A stretch of DNA of 64,000 nt, taken from the NCBI GenBank assembly GCA_951406725.2, contig OX597822.1:84382001-84446000 (forward strand), read 5' to 3'. Under the pieces are notes generated by a model that saw nothing but the letters and a program-made list of their open reading frames with translations, was not told the origin of the DNA and made no database searches. This DNA comes from Octopus vulgaris (taxonomy: Eukaryota). Below, piece by piece: positions 63,177 through 64,000 of this stretch. How positions within the stretch are numbered: the first letter of the stretch is position 1; each line of letters starts with the position of its first letter. A program made the translations under genes and the position numbers.

Positions 63177-63387
63177 TATACTGAGAAAAAAGAGGTAGTC
63201 AAAATTTTCGATAATTCTTTATTAATACTTTCGCTTGTTTAACCAAATTTTTCAAGACAAAAATTATGACCCAAAAATGATTTTTTTTTTTTGGTTTTAA
63301 TTTTTGTCTTGAAGAATTACGTTCAACAAATGAAAATGCTAATAACGAATTTTCTAAAATCCTGACTGCCTCCTTTTTCTCAATATA
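63177..63387. mobile_element. Fully palindromic TA-flanked MITE
   Basis: TATACTGAGAAAAAAGAGGTAGTCA / TGACTGCCTCCTTTTTCTCAATATA, with inner TTCAAGACAAAAATTA / TAATTTTTGTCTTGAA. Confidence 0.8.
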
Positions 63388-63435
63388 CAGTATCTGTACA
63401 CCACATCAAACACTATATCTATCTATCTATCTATC

Positions 63436-63498
<63 letters not shown>

Positions 63499-63603
63499 AT
63501 GTGTATATATATATATGTATATATATATGTGTGTGTGTGTGTGTATGTGTATATATATATATGTATATATATATGTGTGTATATATATATGTATGTATAT
63601 ATG

Positions 63604-63636
<33 letters not shown>

Positions 63637-64000
63637 GTTTGTGTGTGTGCGTGCATGTGTGGAGGCACAATGGCCCAGTGGTTAGGGCAGTGGACTCGTG
63701 GTCGTGGGGTCACGGTTTCAATTCCCAGACCAGGCGTTGCTAGTGTTTATTAAGCGAAAACATCTAAAGCTCCACAAGGCTCTGGCAGGGGGTACTGGCA
63801 AACCCTGCTGTACTCTTTCACCACAATTTTCTCTCTCTTTCATCCTGTTTCTGTTATACCTGTACTTCAAAGGGCCAGCCTCGTCACACACCGTGTCATG
63901 GTGAATCTCCCCAAGAACTGCGTTAAGGGTACACATGCCTGTGGAGTGCTTAGCCACTTACACGTTAATTTCACAAGCAGGCTGTTCTGTTGATTGGATC

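Overview
AT-rich, microsatellite-dense animal genomic DNA. The repeat families resemble those of Octopus (inferred, not searched). The only recognisable host protein gene is a GTDC1/QTMAN (tRNA-queuosine mannosyltransferase) orthologue on the minus strand. Six coding exons with GT-AG boundaries and continuous phase run from 15590 to 1071 (386 codons), and the last exon was not found in the window. An intact tRNA-Thr(AGT) gene sits about 0.7 kb upstream on the opposite strand. The rest is mostly mobile DNA: tRNA-derived SINEs, decayed RTE and CR1 LINEs, a HERO-like RLE retroelement nested in an RTE, mariner, MULE, piggyBac-, Merlin- and Helitron-like remnants and MITEs, and a Gypsy-type gag fragment. 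The most unusual signal is a set of short non-coding fold-back elements with Penelope-like architecture carrying minimal type I hammerhead-ribozyme motifs. The best case is a perfect 73-bp-arm palindrome at 46365-46518 with a tandem sister copy. A second case is a TSD-bounded element in a GTDC1 intron that joins a tRNA-like Pol III head to hammerhead-like arms. Most long ORFs in the supplied track are microsatellite or SINE artefacts. Repeat boundaries are approximate unless TIR or TSD coordinates are given.
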